From the NCBI GenBank assembly GCA_002269645.1, contig NIVC01004760.1, positions 1 to 35,729 of the forward strand: 35,729 nucleotides of DNA. Reading direction: 5' to 3'. Numbering within the stretch: the first letter of the stretch is position 1; each line of letters begins with the position of its first letter. The notes below the pieces were generated by a model that saw only the letters and a program-made list of their open reading frames with translations, made no database searches and was not told where the DNA came from. Below are positions 1-9,914 of this stretch, one piece after another. The DNA is from Macrostomum lignano. Lineage: Eukaryota. Both the position numbers and the translations under genes were made by a program.

Positions 1-274
1 TTTAAAAAAACTATCAATGGTCTAATTGAGTGTTGATTTTTTTCTCTAGCACTTTTATTAGCTGAGTTATGGCCCATCACGTGGTGATATCTATGGCCAT
101 AAATTGCAATTCACTAGCTGCGCGGTGACAGATTGCAGTCTAAAGCTGCAAATTGCAGCATCAAATCTCAGTCTACCCTGCAATCCCTCTGCTTAATCAG
201 TCTTTAAGCAAATCAGTTCAACAATTGGCACAAGTTAACCATTCAGTATGCTAAATTTTACTAAACAACACAAG

Positions 275-412
275 ATGGCCATCAGCTTCAAAGAAAGACC
301 TCAAACCAACAGTGCGTGGCATCATTCGCTTCTGGATTGACAGCGGACGCCACAAATGTAGCTGAAATGCACGCAGAGCTTGTTGCGACATATGGAGATG
401 TTTGAAGAATAG
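275..412 (+). mobile_element. Degenerate mariner-like transposase N-terminal fragment
   Basis: Manual translation across a frameshift gives TVRGIIRFWI...ATNVAEMHAELVATYGDV, resembling the mariner N-terminal R.VIRF..G...EIH..L..YGD pattern. No TIR or catalytic domain seen. Confidence 0.45.
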
Positions 413-707
413 TTGTGTCCCCTTGACCCTCCAATCCTAGTGGCTTTAAACTTTTATCTTTCAGCAGCTGGTGAAAATCGCAATTTATCGAAAAAGGGCT
501 GAAAAAATGCTAAAAAGTGGCCATAAAAGAGGGTCACTTTTAGTGGCTGAAGGAAGGACACTTTCAGTCCCTCACCAGCCACTTACAACGGCCACCTCTC
601 GACACTTTTTCAGCCACTTTTAATTTACAGTGAATAATTTTATGACATGTTATTAAATGATTTTAAGGATAGTAGGTATATTCTAACAAGCGAGTCGCCA
701 TCAAAGG

Positions 708-1041
708 TGTGCAATGGCACAAGCCCGGCCTGTGTACCTTTATGTCTGTTCTGTTGTTGAATTAACGAAAGCAGAACAAGATAGATAATTATCTGGGCGC
801 CCAGCGGCACCAAAAGAGGGCTTGGCCAATAGGAGGGCGGCTCTAGAAGGAAAGTTCTAGAAAGACCGGGAGAGGAAACTTCTGGAACTATGCGTAAACA
901 AGTCCTGCTGTGGAAGTTTCTAGAAACCCTGTCCCCGAACTACCCCTACGCATTGCATGCCTTTGCAATACACAACAATGTCAAAGTGTGGCGATGTTTC
1001 GGAGCGGTAAAAATTGTGCTCAGCATTGGCACAAGCGCACA
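708..1041. mobile_element. Possible solo LTR (~334 bp)
   Basis: Begins TGTGC (708-712) and ends GCACA (1037-1041). Contains a CCAAT box, a GC box and three HSEs. No target-site duplication visible. Confidence 0.35.
826..926. promoter_or_regulatory. Three perfect heat-shock elements (nGAAnnTTCnnGAAn) with CCAAT and GC boxes
   Basis: gGAAagTTCtaGAAa (849-863), gGAAacTTCtgGAAc (874-888), gGAAgtTTCtaGAAa (912-926), immediately preceded by ccaat and gggcgg. Confidence 0.7.
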
Positions 1042-1994
1042 CTTTATAGACTCTGTGTTGAAATAGACAGCGTAGTCTAAGTTTTGCGCATGCAGGAACT
1101 ACTTATTCAAGTAGTCTACTACCCGCCTAATATAGCCAAGCAGGCTGAAAGACAAAAGACAAAAGGCTGAAAAAATTGCACCTTATAACAGCAGCCAATC
1201 ACGTCACCCGTGCTTCCCAGTGTGCCGCACTCCACAAAGTAAATCTCTACTTTCAAAAGCAACTAAAACGGCTGACCTGAGTCCTTTCAGGGTATCTTTG
1301 ACGGCATCTGCCTGGACAAGCGGCTCCATGAAGCCATGAAAAACTGTCATAGGATGCTACTCAAGATAGAGGCCATCGAGAAGATCAATGCGTCTAATTA
1401 AAAGGACGCTACGAGCTGCTTTTTTGTTCTCTCCCGCTTCCAATGGACGAGCGTACAAGCCATGCGTTTTAGTTAGCGTTAGGGTTAAAGCTTATAGCTT
1501 AAGAGGAGCTGCTGAGATGCCAGCAATCACTGTGGAATGCTTTTAACTTTGTCCTTAAGAAACTAGCAATATAGTGACTGTAGAAGGCTGAGAAATACAC
1601 AGTCATTTTAGCGCTAGTTCAAGGACGAACGACCCATCCTGACTAGCAAATGCATTGGAACTTTCCCACTTGTTTACGCGATAATTTACAAATATGAGCT
1701 GTCAATATTCGTTGCCGATTGGCTGCAAGGACTCCATTCTGCCTCTCAACCCACTGCCGCACCCAATACGGAACCGTTCCGTTTAATGAGCAGTCGATCC
1801 TACTCTGCATTACTTCAATAAACAAAGAAACTCCAATGAGCTGATGTGGAATTCGAACTTAATTTCTCTAATTTGTCGTTCGAAACTGAAAACCACCAAC
1901 AGACCAAGTGAATTAATAGGTATTAAATCTGATTTCAACGTAGTCAAGTGTATTTGAAATCTAGCTATCTATGAGAGCACAGCCAGCAGAGCAT

Positions 1995-2147
1995 TTACAG
2001 CTTGATGCAGCTGATGATCTGGATGGCGTTGCCGCCGCACTTGCTGGCCAGGCAGGTGGCCAGCTTGCTGATGTTGGTGCCGCTGGAGAAGAAGCAGGTG
2101 ATCAGGTTGCTCACCAGGCACGTCACGGAGTCGATGCCGTGCTGCAG
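1995..2147 (-). pseudogene. 5'-truncated paralogue (copy E) of the secreted 6-Cys protein
   Basis: Encodes LQHGIDSVTCLVSNLITCFFSSGTNISKLATCLASKCGGNAIQIISCIKL*, i.e. Cys2-6 of the family. Signal peptide and Cys1 are replaced by sequence matching the FANCL 3' end. Confidence 0.85.
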
Positions 2148-2460
2148 GACTGTCAGGATTGAGCCGCCAGCTGTCATCAATAAGTCAGCCAAGTAGTCCC
2201 GCTTTGCCATTCACTGCAAATCTTGTAGTAAACAAAAAGTGTCGAAGACAAGCCATGAATTTTATGCATTTGAACCCTGTGTCCGAGTTCGAGTTCCCAC
2301 TTGCACTTTAAATTCTATCGCGTGCGACTAAATAAAAATATAAAGTCAATTAAACAGTGAGTTTTGATAGTTTAATTAATATTTAAGCTGGCGCTTTCCA
2401 CTGTTCCAGATTGCGCTCAGCAACCGAATTGTATTTCTATGCATTGATAGAAAACTGCAT

Positions 2461-2748
2461 TTACAGCTTGATGCAGCTGAGGATCTGGATGGCGCTGCCG
2501 CCGCACTTGTTGGCCAGGCAGCCGGCCAGCTGGCTGATGTTGGTGCCGTGGGCGAAGTAGCAGGAGGCCAGGTTGGAGATCAGGCAGTTCACGGAGTCGA
2601 TGCCGTTCTGCAGCAGGCAGTTGGTGTCGATGCTGATCACGGGAACGACTTCGTGAATGATGTCGTTCACGACCTCGTTCTTCTGCTCCGGAGTGTAGGC
2701 GGCGGCGGCGAAGGCCACGAGAGCGAACAGGCAGACGACGTTGTACAT
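2461..2748 (-). CDS. Secreted 6-cysteine protein, copy A (95 aa, intronless)
   Basis: ATG at 2748 in gcagccATG context; MYNVVCLFALVAFAAAA signal peptide; C-x10-C-x7-C-x13-C-x4-C-x9-C; strong GC3 bias; close paralogues in the window. Confidence 0.85.
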   Translation of the reverse strand: MYNVVCLFALVAFAAAAYTPEQKNEVVNDIIHEVVPVISIDTNCLLQNGIDSVNCLISNLASCYFAHGTNISQLAGCLANKCGGSAIQILSCIKL

Positions 2749-2841
2749 GGCTGCTGAGCTGGGTGCTTTGGTTGCTGGCTTCTTGAGACTGGCTGCTGGG
2801 TTGAGTTGCTGATTGGGTCTCGGGCTCGGTCGCTGGGCTCT

Positions 2842-2877
2842 CATTTATGGTGCCGCTGGTGCCGCTGCAGGTGACGC
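2842..2877 (-). promoter_or_regulatory. Copy A promoter module (GCGTCACCTG E-box + CATAAAT TATA-like)
   Basis: GCGTCACCTG on the minus strand at 2877-2868, 129 nt upstream of the ATG; CATAAAT starts 28 nt after the motif start, as in copies B and C. Confidence 0.55.
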
Positions 2878-3221
2878 GGTCCCGGCCTGTCACGCCGCCC
2901 ACGCCCTGCCAGAGGCAGCTAGTTCTTATCGCTTCAAATTGACTGACTGTCCTGCAGTCGCGGTTCAGCTTAATGTCTTCTCGAATGTTCTTGCAAGATG
3001 ATTCAGCTGTTTTTGCGACCGCTTGAACTATTAGGGTTCTATTGACCGACAAATTCAACACCATTAATAAAGCCCTCCGACAGCTCGGGTAAAAAAGGTG
3101 CAACAATGAGATGCATTCCTTTGAAAAAGCAGGACTTTGGCGAAGTATATTTATTGATCATTTTATCTTCTTGTCGTAAATTTTCCATCTTGTGCGCCAA
3201 GTTTTATATGCGCCAAGCCAA

Positions 3222-3887
3222 GAGACACACTTCATAATGTGCGCTTGTGTCACTGAGACACACTTCATAATGTGCGCTTGTGTCACTGAGACACACTTCA
3301 TAATGTGCGCTTGTGTCACTGAGACACACTTCATAATGTGCGCTTGTGTCACTGAGACACACTTCATAATGTGCGCTTGTGTCACTGAGACACACTTCAT
3401 AATGTGCGCTTGTATTATTGAGACACACTTCATAATGTGCGCTTGTGTTATTGAGACACACTTCATAATGTGCGCTTGTGTTATTGAGACACACTTCATA
3501 ATGTGCGCTTGTATCACTGAGACACACTTCATAATGTGCACTAGTGTTATTGAGACACACTTCATAATGTGCGCTTGTGTTATTGAGACACACTTCATAA
3601 TGTGCGCTTGTATCACTGAGACACACTTCATAATGTGCGCTTGTGTTATTGAGACACACTTCATAATGTGCGCTTGTATCACTGAGACACACTTCATAAT
3701 GTGCGCTTGTGTTATTGAGACACACTTCATAATGTGCGCTTGTATCACTGAGACACATTTCATAATGTGCGCTTGTGTTATTGAGACACACTTCATAATG
3801 TGCGCTTGTATCACTGAGACACATTTCATAATGTGCGCTTGTGTTATTGAGACACACTTCATAATGTGCGCTTGTATTATTGAGACA
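3222..3887. repeat. Minisatellite, 33-bp unit (gagacacacttcataatgtgcgcttgtgtcact), ~20 copies
   Basis: Direct tandem units with variants gtcact / gttatt / atcact. Confidence 0.95.
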
Positions 3888-4399
3888 GCCTTCGGCTTTT
3901 GTGATTTATACGAATAGCTCCCTCGAAAGGCATGTTTAATCTTCTACATAAAACATGGACATGTTTTATGGACAATTTTCGGGGCAATGTTGAATCTAAC
4001 CAAATAGAATCCTGGAAAAGGGAAATAATGTCTTTGGAAATCAGTATAACTATACAAATGGTTGTCTTAATGGCATTTTCTTAAGGATCAAACAGAAACG
4101 TTCGGGTTGTTTTGTTTGGGTTATTTTGAGCATAAAAAGACTCGACTGTAATTAAGCATTCCCAATTTTAAAATCAGGATTCCAAAAGTTATTTCAGAAG
4201 ATATATAACTTCTACAAAAGGAAACAGCATTGCTTTCTCATTTTTACGAGCGTGTTCGAAGTTTTCTCACTTACTATTTTATTGAAGTGATTGCATTAAT
4301 GTAGATACTGCATTCTTGTCCATAGAAATCGGAATTATTTTTCTCCCATTTTGGCTAAACTGTTACAGCGCAAATGTCACCCTGTAAATCGCTATAATG

Positions 4400-5330
4400 A
4401 CAGGAAATTGAGTAAACTCAGCCCCCATCAAGCGTCCCTCAGCTGGGATAGCCATCGCCCAAATTTTTCACCCGAGGCCTTTGCATGGCCATCCAAATTG
4501 CTGCTTCTCCCACCAGCCTCCGGCCTGACGTCCGCCCCAGCCGAGTCCTTCTACTTCACTCCAATCATCATGGACGAGGTCGCTAAGGTCCTGGAGGCAA
4601 TGCGAGCGGACGCTCCGTCTGGAGTTGACGGAATCCGCCCCGAGAGTGCTGAAGTTGCCTGAGCTGCTTGGCACCGTGACCAACCGCCTGCTCAACCGCC
4701 TTGGTGGGGACGAGTCCGCCTCTGCCACCAAGCAGTGGAAGACTTCAAAGATCATCTCCATCCCCAAGAAAGGCAACTCCACCAGACTAGACAACCGGCG
4801 CGGGATTGCAATCTCCCAAAAGCGCTGAACGCCGTGCTGAGAAACCGCGCCTGCTCCCAGCGCTCAGCTCGCGCATGCCAGCTTTTCAGAGTGGTTTTTT
4901 TCTGGCAGATCAACTACTGAGCAGGTGGCGGCAATCATCATCGACTTCCGCAAAGCCTTTGATTCTGTCAGCCGGCTGGCCATAGCCTGGCTGCTCGCTC
5001 AGCATGGAGTGCCACCTCTGCTTGTGCGGGCAGTCATGGACGTGTACAGCAGTTCTATGGCCTTCCAAGCATCCGATGGACCCACTGCAGAGTTTCCAAC
5101 CTACGTGCCCCGAAGGACTCTGCAGGAAGAGGATGGCTTTTTGGTCACCCAGTGCCACGTCTCGCAGCATCCCGAGGTTTGACTCTCCTGCCTGATGCTG
5201 ACCTTACGCGCCCTGGCCGTGAAATTAGTGGAAAACCTTAGTTGGCCAAACTGGCCCATATCGCTGGTGACAGGTCTGACAGGCTGTGGCGCGGCCGTGT
5301 CACGACAGTGTCCCAGACTGTTGTTCCGCT
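4400..5330 (+). mobile_element. Degenerate non-LTR retrotransposon (LINE) reverse transcriptase fragment
   Basis: Frameshifted pieces APSGVDGIRPE, WKTSKIISIPKKGN..LDNRRGIAI and IIDFRKAFDSVSR match LINE RT motifs (PG.DG, W....I.PIPKKG...NYR.I, D..KAFDSV). RT core appears internally deleted. Confidence 0.85.
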
Positions 5331-5477
5331 GCATGAGTATGCTAATTAGGAAGCGTGTAAATTAGCTCTATACTACGCTCATACGCACAGATAAGGGAAG
5401 GAAACGCTACTTGCAGAGCCTTCTGTGACAGTTCTGACAGCTTTAACGGATTGCGCGCGGTGCTGCAGTCCGAGACC

Positions 5478-5512
5478 GCGTCACCTGCAGCGCCACCAGC
5501 GGCACCATAAAT
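5478..5512 (+). promoter_or_regulatory. Copy B promoter module (GCGTCACCTG + CATAAAT)
   Basis: GCGTCACCTG 5478-5487; CATAAAT 5506-5512; ATG 129 nt after the motif start. Confidence 0.55.
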
Positions 5513-5606
5513 GAGAGCCCAGCGACCGAGCCCGAGACCCAATCAGCAACTCAACCCAGCAGCCAGTCTCAAGAAGCCAGCAACCAAAGCACCCAGCTCA
5601 GCAGCC

Positions 5607-5894
5607 ATGTACAAGCTCGTCTGTCTGTTCGCTCTCGTGGCCTTCGCCGCCGCCGCCTACACTCCGGAGCAGAAGAACGAGGTCGTGAACGACATCATTC
5701 ACGAGGTCGTTCCCGTGATCAGCATCGACACCAACTGCTTGAAGCAGAACGGCATCAGCTCCGTGAACTGCCTGATCTCCAACCTGGCGACCTGCTACTT
5801 CGCCCACGGCACCAACATCAGCCAGCTGGCCGGCTGCCTGGCCAACAAGTGCGGCGGCAGCGCCATCCAGATTCTCAGCTGCATCAAGCTGTAA
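5607..5894 (+). CDS. Secreted 6-cysteine protein, copy B (95 aa, intronless)
   Basis: MYKLVCLFALVAFAAAA signal; same Cys spacing; AATAAA at 5918-5923. Confidence 0.85.
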   Translation: MYKLVCLFALVAFAAAAYTPEQKNEVVNDIIHEVVPVISIDTNCLKQNGISSVNCLISNLATCYFAHGTNISQLAGCLANKCGGSAIQILSCIKL

Positions 5895-6522
5895 ATGTTT
5901 CGGTATTGAGGCTATAAAATAAACTTAAAGTACAATATTAACAACGATCTTACTTTACTAATAACTGAATTTCTTTTCTGAGTGCATTTTTTGTTTAGAC
6001 TTGTTGGTATAACAAAGTTAAGAAAACTGGAAACTTTATATCCCCAGATAAGTTAAAGAATTGTCTGATCAAAGGGTGTCTTTAGTTAAAACAAATTAAT
6101 TTATTGGTGTTCTCGGATTTATCAACCAGCTGCTACAGCAATAACACCCTCGATCTGCTATTACTGCTCCTGGATAACTAGTGCTCAAGGACTACTAAAG
6201 TAACGTAATTGTTCCAGTGGTCCTAGCCTACGCGCTTTATCACTGACGATTGCAGAAAACAAGGCTTTGACAATTGCTTTGTCAGATACTGCTGGCGAAA
6301 ATGCTTGCAGTTGATGCTGCTGATAAAATTCTCTCCTAGGGCAATTCCATGTCACCGCTAACATTTGGTCATCTTCACCCAATTGTCAATATTCACCCAA
6401 GATGTCCTGTGTTCTTAAGTCGTCCTTGAATACAAGCGATTGTGCGATCGAGACTGATTGAAGCGAATAAATCTGAAGGGCAACTTGCAGCATGTAGCGG
6501 AGAACTAGCTGTAAGTTTGCGG

Positions 6523-6966
6523 CACAGATACTATAGAATGACTGGATGGGCCACTCAGCACATTTGCGTGTAGGCTACTTTCAGTTCAGTAGTAAGTTAA
6601 ACAGAAGCATTTGAATTCCAAAGCTCGTTTATTGGGTCTTACCCACCAGCTTAAACCCTCCAACCGCGCCTTTCCACACGACACCAACCCCCCCCGCCCC
6701 GCCCCAATTTTTATTGCCTTTCTCGGAATTTCAGCCTAAAGCTGCCATGTACACTTCAGTGGACTGGCTAATGTACATTACTGCTGAACCAATTAGCAAG
6801 TTGCTTACGCCTGCAGGCTTGGGATTCTAAACTTATCAGTCATTTCAGCTGCCTTTATTTTTATAAATAGCTTATATATTCTTCTTTGCTACTGAACTGA
6901 AAGTAGAAAGCTGTTTTACTAAGTATTTATGGCTGAGTGGCCCATCCAGTTAGTTTAGCATCTGTG
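6523..6966. mobile_element. Non-autonomous hAT-type MITE, copy 1
   Basis: Imperfect long TIRs (CACAGATACT...GGGCCACTCAG / CTGAGTGGCCC...ATCTGTG) and subterminal CTACTTTCAGTTCAGTAG inverted repeats; flanks gtttgcgg / gtctgcgg (7 of 8 match, TSD). Confidence 0.85.
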
Positions 6967-7887
6967 GTCTGCGGGCAGAAAACTACAAGCAGAAGACGAA
7001 CCACCATGAGAAAGGTGACAATAACCGTCGCGATAGAGAGAAACTAAAAAACTTAAAAAATCAGGGAAACAAGTACTTGTATAGCTTGTTGCTTCAGAAA
7101 TAATTCCCGCAAGAACATAACAGGCTCATCCACGCTGCGCTATCAAATTAGGCGATTTATGTGTGTTGTTATTCCTTGTAGCTATGTACTTTTTCGTTGC
7201 TTTGCACATTATCCGATTTGTTCAATTTGACAGCGCGTAACTTGATGGCGGCGAGAAGTATCTAGATCTAGTTTTAAAATTATTTTGCAGAAAATTCCAA
7301 ATGTTCAATCTGATTGATTTATCGAGCCAGAATAGTAATAATAATAAAACTGATTACACCTCCCTGATTACACGATTGTTATCGAGCTTGACAATTAAAG
7401 GCTTGTGGCATAGACCAGAGATAGAGACCGCGTCAAGGCATTTCACGGCATAATGGCTACCTAACAAAGAAATCAGTGCATGTCCAATCACAGCTAGTCT
7501 GAAGCGCTCTAAAGTCCACGGCTCGTATACCTGCCCGCGTGCATCACATCGTTGATAAAATACCATGCTTCCCGAAGAAAGCTAGATCACAAACCCGAAA
7601 TATCATAGCTCCGAAAACCAAAATAGCGTTAGGCGTTGCTAGCATTCGGAGTTATGATGTTTCCGGTTTATGATATGGAAAGCACTTTTTAGAGTTGTAA
7701 TTTTTCGGGTTTGCGATGCCCTCCCAGACATGGGGTGGACGAACTTTGGAACATCTTTGGAACGATTCACTAGAAATTTTAAACTAAGTCCTTTATGCTA
7801 CCATATGTATGTCTCCAAAGTATAGCCAAACTACTTGACAAAGTTGCGAAATTATTTTTAGATTCTGCATTCACAAGCGCCGACAAC

Positions 7888-8947
7888 ATGCACTGAGAAA
7901 TAATTATTTACTATGGCTACAAGAGGTTTAAGACAGCAAAAGAGCTTTGAGGAACTTTAGGCAGTTTTTGGCAATAAAGTACCTTCCACTACCACAGTTT
8001 TTGAGTGGTTTGCCGAAGTTCGACATAGCCGACGGAGTCTGGATGATGAAGACTGCAGCGGCTGGCCCACCTCCGCAGCAAGGGATGAGAATATGAGTGC
8101 TGCTATTCAGGCCATGACTAAGAATGATGCCAGGGTAACTGTGGCCCAGATGGAGGCAGAAGTGGGCATCTCATCGGCAGCCATCCGCACGATTCTGCAC
8201 TCAAGGCTCAACCTGAGCAAGATTTCTGCACGCTGGGTGCCTCATCACCTGACAGAGGAGCAAAAGGAGGCTCGGGTGGCTTGGTGCCATGCCATGCTCG
8301 ACAGATTCGATGGTGGCCGCTCAAACTGGATCTGGGAAATCGTCAGTGGTGAAGAATCCTGGATCTACAGTTTTGACCCAGAGACCACACGCAGCAGTCG
8401 ACACAGTGAACACCAGTTAAAGGTGCCCCACGTGGGGCAGCGTGGCAAAGCAGATGTTGGCCGTTTTTGTGACGAAAGCAGCGCACAGTCACTGGCAACT
8501 GGCGTACCGACTACTGCCTGTCAGAAGTGCTGAGTGCTCTCTCCAATTGCCGTTTAAGGACTCGAGCTCGGGGTGTGCTTCTTCATCACAACGCCCCCGC
8601 CCACAAGTCCAGGCAAGTGGTCGAATTTCTGGCTGGAGAACACATTCAAGAGCTCCGCTATCCACCCTACAGCACAGACCTGGCCCCGCGCGAGTTCTTT
8701 GTGTTTCCGCAAACCGAGCAGAAGATGCAAGGCAGTCGCTATTCATCGCCGGAAGCTGCAGTCGAGGCCTTCATCAAGCATGTCAAGGGGGTGCCAAGTT
8801 CAGTGGTCCAGCTGCTTCAATAAGTGGTATGAGAGGATGCAATGGTGCATAGATTCTTATGGAGAGTACCTTAAAAAAATATGACTGTCAGTTGCTCTCC
8901 AACTATTTCAGACTTCGCACATCCAGAAACTTATTGCACACCCCTCC
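7888..8947 (+). mobile_element. Degenerate mariner (DD34D-type) transposon
   Basis: SARWVPHHLT (WVPHEL motif), IVSGEESWIY, LLHHNAPAH, YSTDLAPREFFVF with catalytic aspartates mutated or lost, frameshifts, and a right-end TIR-like ...ttattgcacacccctcc followed by TA (8948-8949). Left TIR not found. Confidence 0.92.
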
Positions 8948-9123
8948 TAAAAACTTGGTTTCGGAAAACCGCCGACAGTGCAAAATATTTGTGAATTAAG
9001 CAGCATGCGCTGATAATCTGACAGCAGCGCAGGCAACAAGACTGTCAAATACCAAAACGCATGATAAGAGATGAGATATTGGAAACCACTAAACAGCAGA
9101 CAAAATAAACCGGTTAAAAACTT

Positions 9124-9212
9124 TGTGACAGTTCTGACAGCTTTAACGGACTGCGCGCGGTGCGGCTGTCCGAGACCGCGTCACCTGTAGCGCCACCAGC
9201 GGCACCATAAAT
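9124..9212 (+). promoter_or_regulatory. Copy C promoter module, shared with copy B
   Basis: 9124 onward aligns with 5424 onward (tgtgacagttctgacagctttaacgga...); GCGTCACCTG 9178-9187; CATAAAT 9206-9212. Confidence 0.55.
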
Positions 9213-9914
9213 GAGAGCCCAGCGACCGAGCCCGAGACCCAATCAGCAACTCAACCCAGCAGCCAGTCTCAAGAAGCCAGCAACCAAAGCACCCAGCTCA
9301 GCAGCCATGTACAACGTCGTCTGCCTGTTCGCTCTCGTGGCCTTCGCCGCCGCCGCCTACACTCCGGAGCAGAAGAACGAGGTCGTGAACGACATCATTC
9401 ACGAGGTCGTTCCCGTGCTCAGCATCGACACCAACTGCTGCTGCAGAACGGCATCGCTCCGTGAACTGCCTGATCTCCAACCTGGCCTCCTGCTACTTCG
9501 CCCACGGCACCAACATCAGCCAGCTGGCCGGCTGCCTGGCCAACAAGTGCGGCGGCAGCGCCATCCAGATTCTCAGCTGCATCAAGCTGTAAATGCATTT
9601 TCTATCAATGCATAGAAATACAATTTGGTTGCTGAGCGCAATCTGGAACAGTTGAAAGCGCCAGCTAAAATATTAATTAAACTATCAAAACTCACTGTTT
9701 AATTGACTTTATATTTTTATTTTGTCGCACGCGATAGAATTTAAAGTGCAAGTGGGAACTCGAACTCGGACACAGGGTTCAAATGCATAAAATTCATGGC
9801 TTGTCTTCGACACTTTTTGTTTACTACAAGATTTGCAGTGAATGGCAAAGCGGGACTACTTGGCTGACTTATTGATGACAGCTGGCGGCTCAATCCTGAC
9901 AGTCCTGCAGCACG
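9170..9914. repeat. Inverted segmental duplication, arm 2 (partner 2138-2885)
   Basis: Near-identity to the reverse complement of 2138-2885; identity stops at 9914, inside FANCL. Confidence 0.9.
9307..9592 (+). pseudogene. Secreted 6-cysteine protein, copy C (two 1-bp deletions; pseudogene or assembly error)
   Basis: Almost identical to copy A but tgcctg>tgctg (~9438) and gactcc>gctcc (~9457); 286 nt against 288. Confidence 0.8.

Larger units (their letters stand above)
2138..2885. repeat. Inverted segmental duplication, arm 1 (partner ~9170-9914)
   Basis: Reverse complement matches ~9170-9914 nearly base for base: promoter, copy A/C CDS, ~300 bp 3' flank and the last FANCL codons (VLQDCQD*). 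Confidence 0.9.

Noticed and set aside
616-632. 17-bp CACTGTAAATTAAAAGT match with 14741-14757 as termini of one CACTA-like element
   Set aside because: The two sites face away from each other, 14 kb apart, with no TSD. Probably ends of separate copies of another small element; too little evidence to annotate.
1469-1490. Telomere-like ttagttagcgttagggttaaag
   Set aside because: Only one exact TTAGGG; compatible with chance or a LINE tail.
2461-2748. Calling the family saposin-like/amoebapore, defensin/macin or hydrophobin
   Set aside because: Cys spacing lacks the SAPLIP CxxC and the hydrophobin CC, and the domain is not cationic. A fold-level similarity cannot be excluded without structure prediction.
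2548-2757. Antisense ORFs over the paralogues (2548-2757, 5598-5807, 9298-9480, 13584-13940, 1971-2162)
   Set aside because: Expected shadows of GC3-rich coding sequence.
3158-3917. Long repetitive ORFs over the 33-bp array (also 15799-16628, 17949-18508, 31466-32673)
   Set aside because: Open in several frames and on both strands only because the units lack stop codons; indels shift frames freely, and two of the arrays lie in or next to predicted introns.
5511-5606. 32-aa N-terminal extension MRAQRPSPRP... in copies A, B and C
   Set aside because: That ATG overlaps the TATA-like CATAAAT, the extension is absent from copy D, and it would bury the signal peptide. It is more likely promoter and 5' UTR.
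6185-7566. Short ORFs at 6185-6382 and 7354-7566 as a retroelement gag relic
   Set aside because: No motif strong enough to assign; left unannotated.
9598-9618. Hairpin TTTCTAT-caatgc-ATAGAAA in the 3' UTR of copies A and C
   Set aside because: 7-bp AT-rich stem, absent from B, D and E; shared only through the recent duplication.
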